This document shows, in pieces, positions 11,393-24,512 of a DNA stretch of 64,000 bases (position 1 is the stretch's first letter; every line of letters begins with the position of its first letter). The notes under the pieces are model-generated. The model had not been told where the DNA came from. It made no database searches and was given only the letters and a program-made list of their open reading frames with translations. Origin of the DNA: Tubulanus polymorphus (lineage: Eukaryota; Animalia; Nemertea). The stretch lies in contig NC_134032.1 of the NCBI RefSeq assembly GCF_964204645.1, forward strand, positions 3,620,175 to 3,684,174, read 5' to 3'. Position numbers and translations under genes: made by a program.

Positions 11393-14019
11393 ATCACGGT
11401 GAAAATATTACTATCACTCCGAAAATGCACATAACAAAGTATAGGCCTAGATGTTTGGTACTTGATTGAAAATTTAGCTCTTACTACATTTTTGACATTT
11501 TCGTTCATTTTGTTTAGTTATAAAAAATCCACCGCACAGACATTTGCGTGGAACAGTTTCGATACTTAGCGTTTTCGTAGTATATAGACCCTGATTAATG
11601 AAGATTAACTTGGTTCGTAGAATATTGTCCCTTATAGTGCAATAAACTCGTCCATCTTTATTGACACTAGCATGTTTAGATTCCAGTCCTTGTTCGCCAA
11701 ACATGCCAATTGTGTAGCGTTTCGTAGTTAGAATACATTAAGAATTTAGCATGTTTCTTCATCCACATAGTACCTGAAAATACTCACCGGGCGAGTGTGT
11801 GCACTCACTCGCACCAGAGTCGATCATAGCGGTAGCGTGATCCTCTTATATGTCCTCAGAGTGTATATATGTAAATGTGTACTTATGTAATAGATGTATG
11901 TAAAATGGCGCCGCTACAAAGGGTCCGCCTGTGTCACGTAAACAACGGGAAAGATGTTTATGAAGGGGTCTACGACCACCACAGGAAGTTATGTTTGTGT
12001 GTAGAATAATAAATGACTCTCAGGCTTAACTCGACCTAACACACGAGTAAGCAATTCCCGCAACCCCGGGTGTAGATTGCTGATAGATCCAGGAACGTAA
12101 CGACTGGGTCGATTCGAAAACTATCCTCCGGGAACTAAGGATCGGGCCCAACCCTATGTTAGAACCTACAGATAGCGATGCGCACCCTTCTGTTCACCCA
12201 ATAACATACGACCTCGTAGTTATACATGAACCCGAATCGACCGTATCACACACCACGTCACCCACCCCCGACGTGGAATTTCCTCGCTTGAGCCTAAATT
12301 GGATAGCGGAATAAACAGAAACCGCCCGTCACCCGAACGGGATTGCACTACGTTCCGCTGGACTCTACCATTTCCGAGAGTAAGCCTCTATACAGACCAT
12401 GGACGCTCCGACCAACTCCACGGTTTTACTACCCAACATCTATTACTAAATCGTTAATACCATTACGTGCTGCGACAGCAGCTTTTATTCGTCTATCAGA
12501 AACTGACATACGTCATGCTCAAATACAAGACAGGTTCATACTCCACAAATGCTTACATACTTACAAAGGGAAAAGATAATGCGATTGACACATGCTGTTA
12601 CGCTTCAAACTTATACAACGAACATATAGACCGCGAACATTATACCTATATAAAATTTATTGAAACTTAAAAGATACGCGCCTGAAAGCTGGTCTTTAGG
12701 ACCTATATCACACATACATGAAGGCAGAATAATAGTTTGATAAAGCTATAAGCACAAGTAATGGTCAAACCCGTCTCTATATACTTAAGTATAAACGGGG
12801 AGAAACACAAGAACCCAAGGCCTGGTATCAAGAATCCATACCTAATACATAAGTATTGACGGATTATATATAGTTCAACGATCCTAAGGACAAACGAGAA
12901 ACACAGGGCCCGTCAATAATACATAAGTATGGACGGTAAACGTAATGCCCAATGGCTTATGGCCATAGGTGAAGAAATCGTACTATGATTTTGCCGTAGC
13001 TTAATGCTTAACAAAGAGTAATACTCAAGACTAGTAACGTATTTACAGTAAGGGGGATTCTGTGGGCCTAAGGCCCTTAATTTCTAACTCAGAAAGAAGG
13101 AACAGAGACGAACGGGTACAAGACCCGAAACGCCGCCAGGCGGCGCTGTCCCGGACCGACTTACATCTTAAAGACGTTCTCCGAGTAACTGACTGAAAGA
13201 GAAAAACTGCGCGCCTTATATTCTGATATTGCCGACTCCGATGTGTTGCATCTTCACTCCGCGTCGCTTCACTGGTCGCTCAACAATGGCCGCCCCGTCG
13301 GATGTGCTTCCTAGGATTCTTCCGAGCCGCTTTGCTGCTGAACTACGTTGTCTTCTTATCGAAGTAATATACCATTAAAAAGGTTGGAACTTGTACTTTC
13401 CGATGATATGAAATTCGTGTTAGATAGTTCGGTCGTAAAGACAAGTGAGGTCCCGAAAGGCTGTCGTCATGCGTGACCGCGTTCGAGATCGCAGGTTTAA
13501 CCGTCGAATACTCATTAGCTTTAAGACACGAAGGTGCCGAAATCATCTTCTAGGTTTGTAATAATGATAATTATCTAAGAACTTAATTTATGTGACTAAA
13601 TACTAAGGTGATATGTTATGGTGACAGTAACAAGACGTCATCGTAGAAACTTTAACTCTCCCGCTTATCGAGCGGATCATGAGGCCGGACCGGAAGTAAA
13701 CAAACCGGCGAAATCGGTTCATCTACCAAACTACAACTCGTGTCGCCTAAAAAACGATGACATTAGTAGATGCTTTCACCGAGTCAAGACTTCATAATCC
13801 TCTTTCAAACGGTATCGTACATGATGACTTTCGATAATTATTTAGTGTGAAAAGGCGAGATAAATACAGCGGCGGTACTATTTACCACCGGGAACAATTT
13901 CGGGACTAAGGAGCCGCGGGTTATCGCCGGAGTTGAAGCAAGGGGAAATGTATCTTCTGCACGGTCGCTGATAACCAAGGGGATAGAGGTATCTGTCTTG
14001 AGAAATGAAATTTTGTTAC

Positions 14020-16492
14020 AATTGTCCTCCAGACACGAACAAATTCTGGTACATGATAAATTAGCATGTGCATTTTCGGAGTGATGTTTGTGTCCGGAAA
14101 CGCGTTCGGATACCACATACCGAAATCATCACAAAGCCTACCTAGTTCTTCAACTTCAGAATTCAACTTCAGAAGGAAACGGTTTGCCGTATATAATGTA
14201 TAGATTGAGTGAAATTTCTCAAACAAAAGTTGGAATAATGACTGAGTAGCTGAGTAGCTGGGTCAAATTCTAGTGCTTCACATAATTTACGCGGGTTATT
14301 GATTCCTTTTGATTCATCGATTTTGAACATTTTATGGATATGATTGCCGACAAAACTATTCGAATGGTAGGCCTGTCGATCAATACCAATCTCAGATAGG
14401 ATATTGTTGAGTTTTTTTTTGGGTCGGTCCTTGAATACTATTAATTTCTTTGAAAATTTCATTCAGAAGAGATTGTTCCGGGGCTATTTGTGTTTTCAAA
14501 GTTGAGATGTCTTTTTTTAGCTTTGTGATGATGATGTTTTGTTTTTTTATGATAGAATCTGCTGATGGTTTGCGACCAGTAAAACATTCTATACACCTAA
14601 ATTCATCAGGATTCGATACGCATTGTTTATGAAAGGGTAAGTTGCAATCTACGCAGTATGTATATTCATTTGGGTTTGCATTTTCAATAGAGCGAATGAA
14701 GCAGATGGATGCCGTGCAGTCAATTACCGATGAACCTTTACGGTGGGAAATTTTCATGAGATTAAGTAATTGGCTGGATGATTCAAAAGACAATTGTTTC
14801 GATTCGATTTCTAGTCTTAATTTTGAAACTACTTCTGATTGGTCTTGCCATTTTTTGTTTAATTCAGGGTTCGATTCCCTTAAGTTTGTCTGGTCGTGTT
14901 CTTTGCACTTGTTTTCCATCATCTCAAAGAAACGGTGGCCTAATCCTAGGGAAATATGGAGAACTGGAGGAACGAGATGAAGCATGTCTGATGGTTTGAA
15001 TAGCATTGATGATGAAATACTCAAGGTTTCTGGGCCGAATGATTGTGGTGATTTTGATGAATTTTCGAGATATGATGCGATAGTACGGTTTTGATATGGA
15101 TGGGAAGATGGATTGTGTGGTGTTCTGTTCTTTTTCCTAAGATCTTCAAGTTTTACTTGGCACCATAAACAGGGATAGGTAGCCGAGGGCCCCTGGTGAC
15201 CCATGCAGTTACACAGATATGCATTATCCCCAATGAGGAACATCCTAACAGGCAAATCTAATTTTCTATTATCAATCATTGTTGATATAGTGATATCATT
15301 AGCATCGATTTCATCTTTGAAAATCCCGAATACCGTTCTCATATTCTCAACAATATCAGTGCCTTCAAAATAGCCAATCATTTCGCTGGCATCTGCACTG
15401 TTGTTCCCTTCCCCATTTATAACCGAGTATATCATTTTTGTACTACCCCCTCCCTTGTCAATACCCACTTTGACCCAAACTTCATTGTGAAAATTTGGAT
15501 GAAAAATCATTTTCTTTCGGTCAGATAGATTTTGTACAGTTCTTTGAATTTGTAACTTCAAATTGGTCAGAGTTGCATGAGGAGCTGTCTTTTTTTCATG
15601 GGTTCTCGAATTAACTTCTAATTCTGTTTGGCCTACAGTGATATAGGGGGTGAAAGATTTTCCCCTCTGCAAGATCTCTTGTCGGATTTTGTTTGCAGAT
15701 GGAAAGATTGGCGTTCCATAGCTTTTTAGAACCCGTTTCAAGTCGAAAAGTCGTCTCATCGGCAGACGCAGAGCAAGTTTTAATTCAACAGATTGCGATG
15801 CGGTTAATGGTTTGAGTAGATGTAATTGTTGAGAATGGTCTATTGCAGATTTAGATAATTTGGGATTGTGTGATAGAAATGTTGAAAGCGTGATGCTGCT
15901 CTGATATGAATTGATTGGTTTAGCTGATCTTGTGTCTAATACATTTTTCATTGTCAATGCTCGAGCATCTAGTTTGGGAACTTGCCGCTGATGATGGGAC
16001 ATTAGGGATGCTCAATTTGCAAAACTTTTCAGGGCGAGACTTCGTTAAGTGACGAGCATCGAAGATGCTATTCATATTTCCTCCGCATATTTCTAATAAG
16101 CTTTTATTTCTGATTAGAGATTCATATTGTTCGTATTGCAATATCTGATTTTGTAACTCTTCTAATTTCTGATCTTTAATTTTGATTTGCTCTGCTAAAT
16201 TTACATTTTCTGATTGCAAAACCAATTTCTCACTTTCTATCTGTCTCATTTTCGACTCAAGTAGTTTGATCTTAATTTCTTGTTTATTTTCAGTTGCAGT
16301 GTTCTCCGTTTGACAGCTGCGATCCTCTTTGAAATGATAGGTCGGTACAGATGTTTCAACGTTGGTACTTGGTACATACATAACAGGGGACGTAAATGGA
16401 GTACTGGTAAATGGAGGCTGAATATTTGATTCTTTTTCGTCAAATGAAGTTTGCGATTGAGGAGAAAACTGGCTAGACACACTTTCACTCAA
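14020..16492 (-). pseudogene. Chapaev-like (RAG1/Transib-related fold) DDE transposase, frameshifted and C-terminally truncated
   Basis: Across ORFs 15920-16492, 14392-16002, 14169-14462 and 13921-14226: VWVKVGIDKGGGSTK (first Asp), FLIGD (second Asp), YPCLWC, VLHISLG, RQAYHSNSFVGNH, ITPKMHMLIYHVPEF. The expected G..SEQ..E..H catalytic Glu motif is absent after WRTI. Confidence 0.8.
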
Positions 16493-19400
16493 TAGGCTCG
16501 TATTTCCCCATTTTGCATTTCCTATTGAATCAATAGATGGTAAAATACAATCAATTTCAATGAATCATGCATACGAGTCCCTTCATTTATAAACCAATGT
16601 CGATCATTATCAGTTGAAATAAAAGATCAATGGAAGTGTACATATGGTACTAATTAATTTAGTTTTGTTGTTTTCTCATTAATCCATATATTCATAAATA
16701 GGAAGTATTAGTCACCAGTTAGTAAATATAATTCAACTTACCTAACCATTTTTATCATAATTTCTTTCCATTTCAAATATAAGACCCACAATAACATTAT
16801 ACGTAGAACATTGTGTCTTTACACTTGCTAGGGTTCATTTGAGTTCTTAAGTTTGTAGTTAACAACAATCCAGATAAATGCCAATGGAATAGTGGTGAGA
16901 GTTCTACCCTTTTGTTATTGTGGGTTGTTGTCACTCATAAACCCTCAAATTCTCAGTCTCACTCACTGGCAGTCATCATAATATAATTACTTCACCTCCT
17001 TTTTCTGAACAATTCTTAAATATGAACATGTGCATTGTATACATTGTAAACCTGAGGCCTGTTTTCCAAGAATACATACGAGACTCTTATTAATGTTTCA
17101 ATACTGATGTTGGCTTAGGGGGGAATGGGTTAATAGGCACAACAGGAGTAGACTATACACGAAACACATTTATTTGAGAATTGCCATTTAAGATCTTCAT
17201 GATCCCTAGATACTTTGATTCAGAGCATGTTTAGAAATCAGTTCCTTTTTGAAAAATAAATCAGAACTTAAAAAGTCAGAAAATAAGTCAGAAAATATAA
17301 TTATTGTTTTTATTCAATCAGAAAATAAACACTTAATTTAAATAACAAATTCCAAACATACTAATAACAAATATACTTACAAATCAAAAATCGAAAATGT
17401 ATACCTTATTCATGAATAACTAACTTGCCAGCAAAATGCAATGGGCACAGCCGAGGTATAGGCATGATTCATAGTTGGCATTTTGGGAGTGAAGAATGAA
17501 ACTACTGGGACATAAAAAGAATTGTATTGATATACGTACTTGCTTCGATCATTTTTTTTACTTTAGCTTTATTTTTCTTACTTTTCTGGTTGGACCCATA
17601 ATAAAGCTTACGTTTGCCTTGACCAACTTTCCTGTCAAAATTTTCTGCCATTCTGAAATTGAAATCATGCCAATTCAAGTAACAAAGTAACCGCTTATTT
17701 GTAAGCATGAGATGGTTTTTCAACTTAGCATACGAAATTAAATTGTTGGTTTACCTCACCTGACTAAATTAAAAATATGGCCAGACTGCAGTCTAAACGA
17801 TATCAATATCAACACTTGCGGTTGGACTCTTGACACTGCGAATCTGAAATTATAAACAAAAAACTACAGCTTAATCAAGGAATTTTTAACTTTTTGGTAT
17901 AGACTGACACTGCGACTGCGAAAAATCTGAAATTATAAACAAAAGTACAGCTTAATCAAGGAATTTTTAGCCCGAGGAGAACTTTTTAGTATGAAATACA
18001 TTTTTCGGCCTACCTCACTAGACGATATTGAAGGGCCCCACCCGACGGCAGCCTGCCACTGAAGGACCACGAAAAATCTGAAATTATTGAAGTTACATGC
18101 ATGATTGATCAATTTTTTTATTTCAAAGTCCAAGAAAAAGTTTTCGATTTGAAAAATGACTGATTTTTGAGCCTACCTCACGAGACGATATCTTATTTTA
18201 TGAGTACAGTAGGAATTTAAACGACGAAAAATATCCTGAAAGAGAAAAGTGGATATTCGAACAGAAAGTCTAAAAGGGGACTACTATTTGATTTGGCTTT
18301 GCTTTTGGACATGAATCAGGCCTCTCTACTATTGAACATACGATTCAATATGAATTATCTCTCATGGATATCACTAAATTCGGTGTTCAAATGAGGCAAG
18401 GCCTATAAAGATAAAGATACTGCAAATTTGAATGATGATCGAAATCGACTAAAACTTATTTCCGGGTTAGGAGCGACACGATTTCTCAGCGATACGGTTA
18501 CAAAAACACCACTTATAATATATCAATTAAAACTAGATAAGCTCACGCTCAGCGCTATGTTTACAGATATAATTATTCTTATCCTCAGATTAAGTATTTC
18601 CTGATGTATTTGGTGGTATACTTACACATAGGTCGTCCGATTATCGCTAGACTTTCGAGCCGGACAGGCGACAACGTCGGGGAAATTTCAAAAAACGGCA
18701 AATTTAGCGCGGTGGAGCCAGGCCAGTTGAATGTTATTTGCAATCTGGCAGGGGACGATTATGCTAAATAGCGCAAGAAACATGCCACTAAAAACCGTAG
18801 ATTTTCCTATTCACTAGCATTATACCTCGTGACGTCATGAAGTCACGCGATCAGAAAGTTAAAAATAGCGCGCCCTTGCTTAACTACGCGCTCACATTGT
18901 TAGTCGTTATTGCCTTATCGCGTATCGTCGTGTAGGGTTCCTCATTCATTTTTTGACTGCTCAAGCTGTTCATGATTTGTCCATCCTCTGTTATGTTTGA
19001 CTGCTCCCTTAATCGTCATGTGGATAAAAAAAACTGATGATAAGAATCGCGTAAAATTAATATCATATAAACCTTTTAATTATAAAATCTCATGAATTGA
19101 AATATCAATGATACATATGTTTACAATAAATGATACAAAACTAGTTTTACTAATTGGTTACCCCGGTACATGTACAATAAGATTGAAAGATGGATAATTT
19201 TTTTCAGTGCACTTATCGCTTGGTATCTTAAATCGGTTGGGATTTTTTCCACACTAAGTCTAAAACATAATGTTCTGAGAATATCAAAGTGTTTTAAAAG
19301 TTAGTGGGATAAGATGTAAAATGATATGCTAAACGTATAATAGGCCGACTTAAGGCAGGCCACTCCACTTATTGAGAATCTGTCCACTTTCAATTAACTA

Positions 19401-21086
19401 TAAGCCATCTTCTTAAATAAGTTTGTTTCAACGCGCTGCCACCCTCGCAACCTTTCAACCGCAGCATCCGGATTATAGTTGTATATTTCTTGAAATATAA
19501 ATAATATTGAGAACAATTAATGGTGTAATAAAATCGATTATGTTTTGCAATAATGCACATTCTGCGAGCAAATGTAAACACTTTCTAGTATTACATGCAT
19601 AAGTTCCAAATACATTTATCAATAGAAAAGACAAACGGTTTAAGTTAACAGTGGGATTAGATTCAGAAAAATACGAACCTTTTTAACGGTTGTCAGGTCT
19701 TTTGCATCCTGTCTCAAAATCCCAGGTAATACGTGAAGCTCTGCTGTTCTCATCACATCTGAAAACCAGTGAATATGTAGATTGAAAATGATTATCTTCT
19801 ATCAAAATACAGTCACACAGTAAAGGCTCATTGAGTCAAGATTTACTAACCTGTATCTTCAATTTCGCCACTTCGAAGGAAAGAAGCGGCACGATTGCCA
19901 AATGTACAGACTTCGTACATTTTTTTTTAATTTTTTTCCGCCATAGGTCCGAGATTGGAAAAACATCTTTTGCACCGCGATCTCACACAACTTCCATGGA
20001 AAAATTTCTATAACAAAAACAAAAGTAATGGGAAAGTTTTAAATAATGATTATGGCTGATCTGATTCTGAGTTACTCCGGCTTTATGGCCTATATTTCAT
20101 ATGTTTCAAATATCACAAATGCTATACACATTCATTAAATACTACTTACCAGAGTTAATTGACATTTCCAAGCTCCAGATATTCATCTTACAAAACAACG
20201 AAAAGAACGAGTCGATATACTATATGCATTATGCACTGAGCGAAGTTTGTATGAGTTGTTGTGGCAGATAATTATACAACAGTTAGTTGCATGAACAAAG
20301 GAATAATTGCCTGATCATGTACACATGGCTCTATAGGCACGAAACTACAATAGCATGATAATAATTAGGCACAAATTTCAATACTTTGAATTTCCACTAT
20401 ACTCTATGTTTTTATTCAACAAAAACGTGACTTAGACTGAATGTTTTGATAGAAATTGAGCCGAAAATACACACATTTCTCATTTTTGAGTTGCATTTGA
20501 ACTTTGAATTTACTAGTTCTTTTTAAACCGCACTGTCTATTCAGAAACGCAAGAGTTTAATTGTTTTTTAAAGCATTAAATGTTCTTTTCCCTGTCGTCT
20601 CTCCATAAAACGTAGTCGATGTCTCAGACTAGCAAATCAAGTTATTCAGTCTCTACATATTATTATCACACGTTAAAGGCGTTCACCACACATTTTAAAC
20701 ATACGACTTTTTTAGATCTTAAATGACGAATTAAAATAAATTAATATTCATTAATTTTAAAAATGCATCCTTGTCGCACACGGTCACCAATTTTTGAATA
20801 TTGTGATGATACATAGTAAATTGTTTTCAAAGTTACCCAATTCTAATTTCCAGTCAAAATGTTTTGTTTATAACTACACCACATTGAAAATCAGTTATAA
20901 TTATCAGCTATACTAATTATTCCCTGTTGCAGGTCTACTTAATTCTTAATTGACAATTGTGACCACTTTAGGGTTCTTATAAGAACCCTTGTGTCTCTAA
21001 GAACCCTAAAGCCTCACCAAGAACCCCCGAAGAACCATTTGTTCTAAGAGTGCACACGTGCACTTCGATCAGCTAATCAAGTTTCA

Positions 21087-23042
21087 CGGTTCCTGAACTT
21101 CGCTGAAAAAGCTGAAACACTGAAAAGCTGAAACGCTGAAATAAAAACGCTGAAATATCAGGGAATTTCTGAAAAACGCCGAAATTTCAGGGAATTCCCG
21201 AAAAACGCTGAAATCGTGCTAGGTACCGACAATACACGTTTTGAAATGTCTTCCGGGCCGGTATCCGCTGCCGAGTCCTGAACCGTGTTTTATGCTCTAC
21301 CTTCGGTTACAGAGACATGCCTTAAGGTCGTCGTCATGTTCAAGATCGATTGCGGATTGCGTGGATTGTTAGATGTGTTTTATTGCCATAGTTTTATGTG
21401 CATATACCGGTACGATCTAACAATGAAGTTATCACTTCATTTGAATAAATTCTTAATTACAGTAATATTAATTCACAATATTTATTCTTATGTTTGGTGA
21501 TTTCTTGCAACTTATCATTGCCAAGTCTCATAAAAGTAGTAGCTGAATGAAAGTGCAGTTAGGCTGAACCTGATAACCCAAATTAAGTGCTAGCATGGAA
21601 CTTATTATTGGAACTTATTAATGGATTATTTGATTCTATTAGCGGTGTCATTGAAATTCGTTAATAAATGTTCAACGGTCATAGTATACTGTACTTAGCA
21701 TTACTACGATTGGCTGCCATATTTCTACAAGGAGGAAGGAGTCTTGAAGTGTATTTCGTAAACGGGTAGGGTACGGGGTAAAACCTGGTTTACTTTCTCT
21801 TTCAACTTGCTGGAGACTACTATCTGCAATGTATTGCATGCTTTGATTTGTCTGGCTTATAGGAGTCGAACGACATTTTCCCATACACAGGCTTGGCGTT
21901 AGTGTAAATGAAGGCTAGGCACTGCACATTGTGGATTGACTGGAACTCTAAACTCACAAAATTGAACGAATCAACAAGAAAGATCCAATAATTGGACGTT
22001 TGTCTAACTATATTATTTATTCATTCTAAGCCTGAGTCTAAAAATAGAAAAAGGTGCATTTAAGTAGGAAATAAAAGAATAGTGGCTAATACACCCTGGA
22101 CTATATAGCCTATGGGGTGGGCCTAGTTTGAAAGCACTGAGGTCCGAGGGAACAGCACTTAGTAAATAAATACTGAAATTAAACTTACAAAACACCCAGT
22201 ACTTGAGATGATGTACTTGACAGGAAGTATCTGCAGCTAAGCAAATCAACTTTGTCTATGACTCCTCCTTTTATAGATTCAGTAGTAGTCTTAAAATAAG
22301 AATCGGTACATTTTTCTAACAGTTGGTATGTCATTTCTTTAAAAAAAACTAATTATTATCACACCACAGCAGATAAATTATTAACAGTTGTTGAATGGTT
22401 TGCCCGATTTATATTAACTGGTTGACGCTAATCAGTATGACCCATACGTAGGGGCCTACTGCATGCCATTGGCGTCAATCCATTCCATTCCACGGTGAAT
22501 TAAAAAGAAATTTAGTTAGATCCCTTTTGTCCAAAAGCTGCATCATTTATATAACTAGCTGTCTGATTTAATTTACCTCCTTCAGAGAATACCATAGTCC
22601 GTCGCCCATAAACTCGTTGACGAAAGAAAAGTTGCTACAGTTTTATACATGAACGTTCAAATAAGACATTTCGTGTCTTGCAGAGAATATTGAGCATAGT
22701 GTTTAAGTTGGCTTGCACGGTTTGTGAATGGGTTTTCCTCATTATGCTGCCTGTATGCATTCAAAATCCGAATTTCAAGCGAATTAATTTGTCCAACAAG
22801 TGACCCTCTAGAAGTATACTCCACACATACTGTCCATGCATGCCTCTGTAACCGAAGGTAGAGACTAAAACACGGTTCAGGACTCGGTAGCGGACACCGG
22901 CCCGGAAAATATTTCAAAACGTGTATTGTCGGTACCTAGCACGATTTCAGCGTTTTTCGGAAATCCCCTGAAATTTCAGCGTTTTTATTTCAACGTTTCA
23001 GCGTTTCATTGATTCAGCTTTTTCGGCGAAGTTCAAGAACCA
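21087..23042. mobile_element. Non-autonomous long-TIR (Mutator/Foldback-like) element, copy 1
   Basis: ~200-240-bp TIRs beginning CGGTTCCTGAACTTCGC with GCTGAAA sub-repeats; highly similar to 52187-54540. Confidence 0.85.
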
Positions 23043-24512
23043 CGAATTCACTGGCGAATTTAATCGTCGCGATCGGGCGAAAAATTACGCTCGTGTTTCC
23101 CTACCTTAAAGTATTCGCACACAAAGGCTAATTGAGCCATGTGATTACATTTTGCTCAGGCCTTGTCTGCTGACCTGACATTTATAGTCAAACCTCGATC
23201 CAAAACGTTCATGTGATCACGGCTTGTATACAAGAAAACAAGAAATCATTATGTAGGCCTGTACATTTTGCTGTACGAAGGTTTGGTATACCGAATTCTC
23301 CAATCTCGACAGATGAGTGTACGGTACAGCTGAACGCATTATTCCAATGGGAATAGGGCCCATTGATTGGGCTTATTATTTCGTGCTTTAGAATATTGAA
23401 ATAAGCCAATGTTCATTCAAATATCCAACATCAGTGAAAGTTTGAATACTGTATACATGTATATAGGTTTTCATGTTCTATGAATATTTTGCGGTTCATG
23501 GGTATATGCTGATGTCAAACACATGAAGATAAATGGTCAAGGGCAGTCAGTCGACACCAACTCTTTTCGACCGATGTTGCATCATTTACGGTCTGAATCG
23601 TTCAACTCAAGCAAAGCGATTAACACAATCGACATAACACTGGAATAGTTTGCAGTGACTAACAGTTTATTAACTAGTGGAATAGCTTTGATATTTACGC
23701 ACGTGTTGCAAGGTTTAAATTGTTCATCAGTATAGAATTAGTAATCCATAAAAGCCAAAATCAACATCGGCCCAATACCCAGACCAAAGCAATTCATAAT
23801 CAATCGATTGAATCTACAATACAATATATGTATTTATTCAAATATTTCAATAAAAAGATTAATTCCTTGAAACTTATTCTAAATCCTAATACGTTACTAT
23901 ATCAGTAAATGTATTCAACACCTATTGAGTCAGCCGATTCTTAAGATGGTTTCTTAATAGAACAGATCTATTTTAAGCGTGGTGATACAAAATAAATGCT
24001 TGGTCTAATCAATTCATATTTATCGATTTTACGTCCACGTAAGTACGGTTTCAAAACTGAATAACATTGGACGTTGACACAGTGGTTGTATATTAGGTTC
24101 GAATCTGTCAATACATTATATTTCATGTATCGGCATTTAAATTTTCAATAATTTCTATCAACCTGAATGGCATGGTGCAGATTTGCAGAAAACCCGTTGT
24201 CGCTGCTTTGCAGCTATATTTATAATTGTTATTTTTTCTGGGGACATTTTTTCTCGGGTCATTTCTTCCGTATACCGGACCTGACACTTCGACTCTGGAA
24301 AACCGACTGAACGGACTATAGGCAGGCAATATACGATATTAAAGTGGAGGTTGGTTATGGAATGAGAGAGGAACGCGCGTGTATCATAAGAAATAAGGTC
24401 ATATAGGGGCCGTTGGTCGGTACAGTAATTATTAGCTCGACGATGAATTCATGAAACTGTTTTAAAGCTTTATATTATCTTCGCTGAATAAATCAAAACT
24501 TGAAATGGATGG

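Larger units (their letters stand above)
9628..21052. mobile_element. 11.4-kb CMC-group (Chapaev/EnSpm-type) DNA transposon unit
   Basis: Perfect 15-bp TIRs CACTCTTAGAACAAA (9628) / TTTGTTCTAAGAGTG (ends 21052); AGAACC/GGTTCT subterminal repeats at both ends; flanked by CACA on both sides (9624-9627, 21053-21056). Confidence 0.75.

Noticed and set aside
13010-13030. CRESS-virus nonanucleotide origin (GAGTATTAC on the minus strand)
   Set aside because: Not in the loop of a flanking stem, and no Rep motifs nearby.
14020-18900. ProtoRAG/RAGL element with a RAG2-like partner
   Set aside because: No kelch-repeat ORF or RSS-like TIR pair was found; motifs fit Chapaev-type transposases better.
13527-18932. 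Separate inner TIR pair (CACGAAGG... / ...CGTCGTG) for the transposase
   Set aside because: Weak identity and no TSD.
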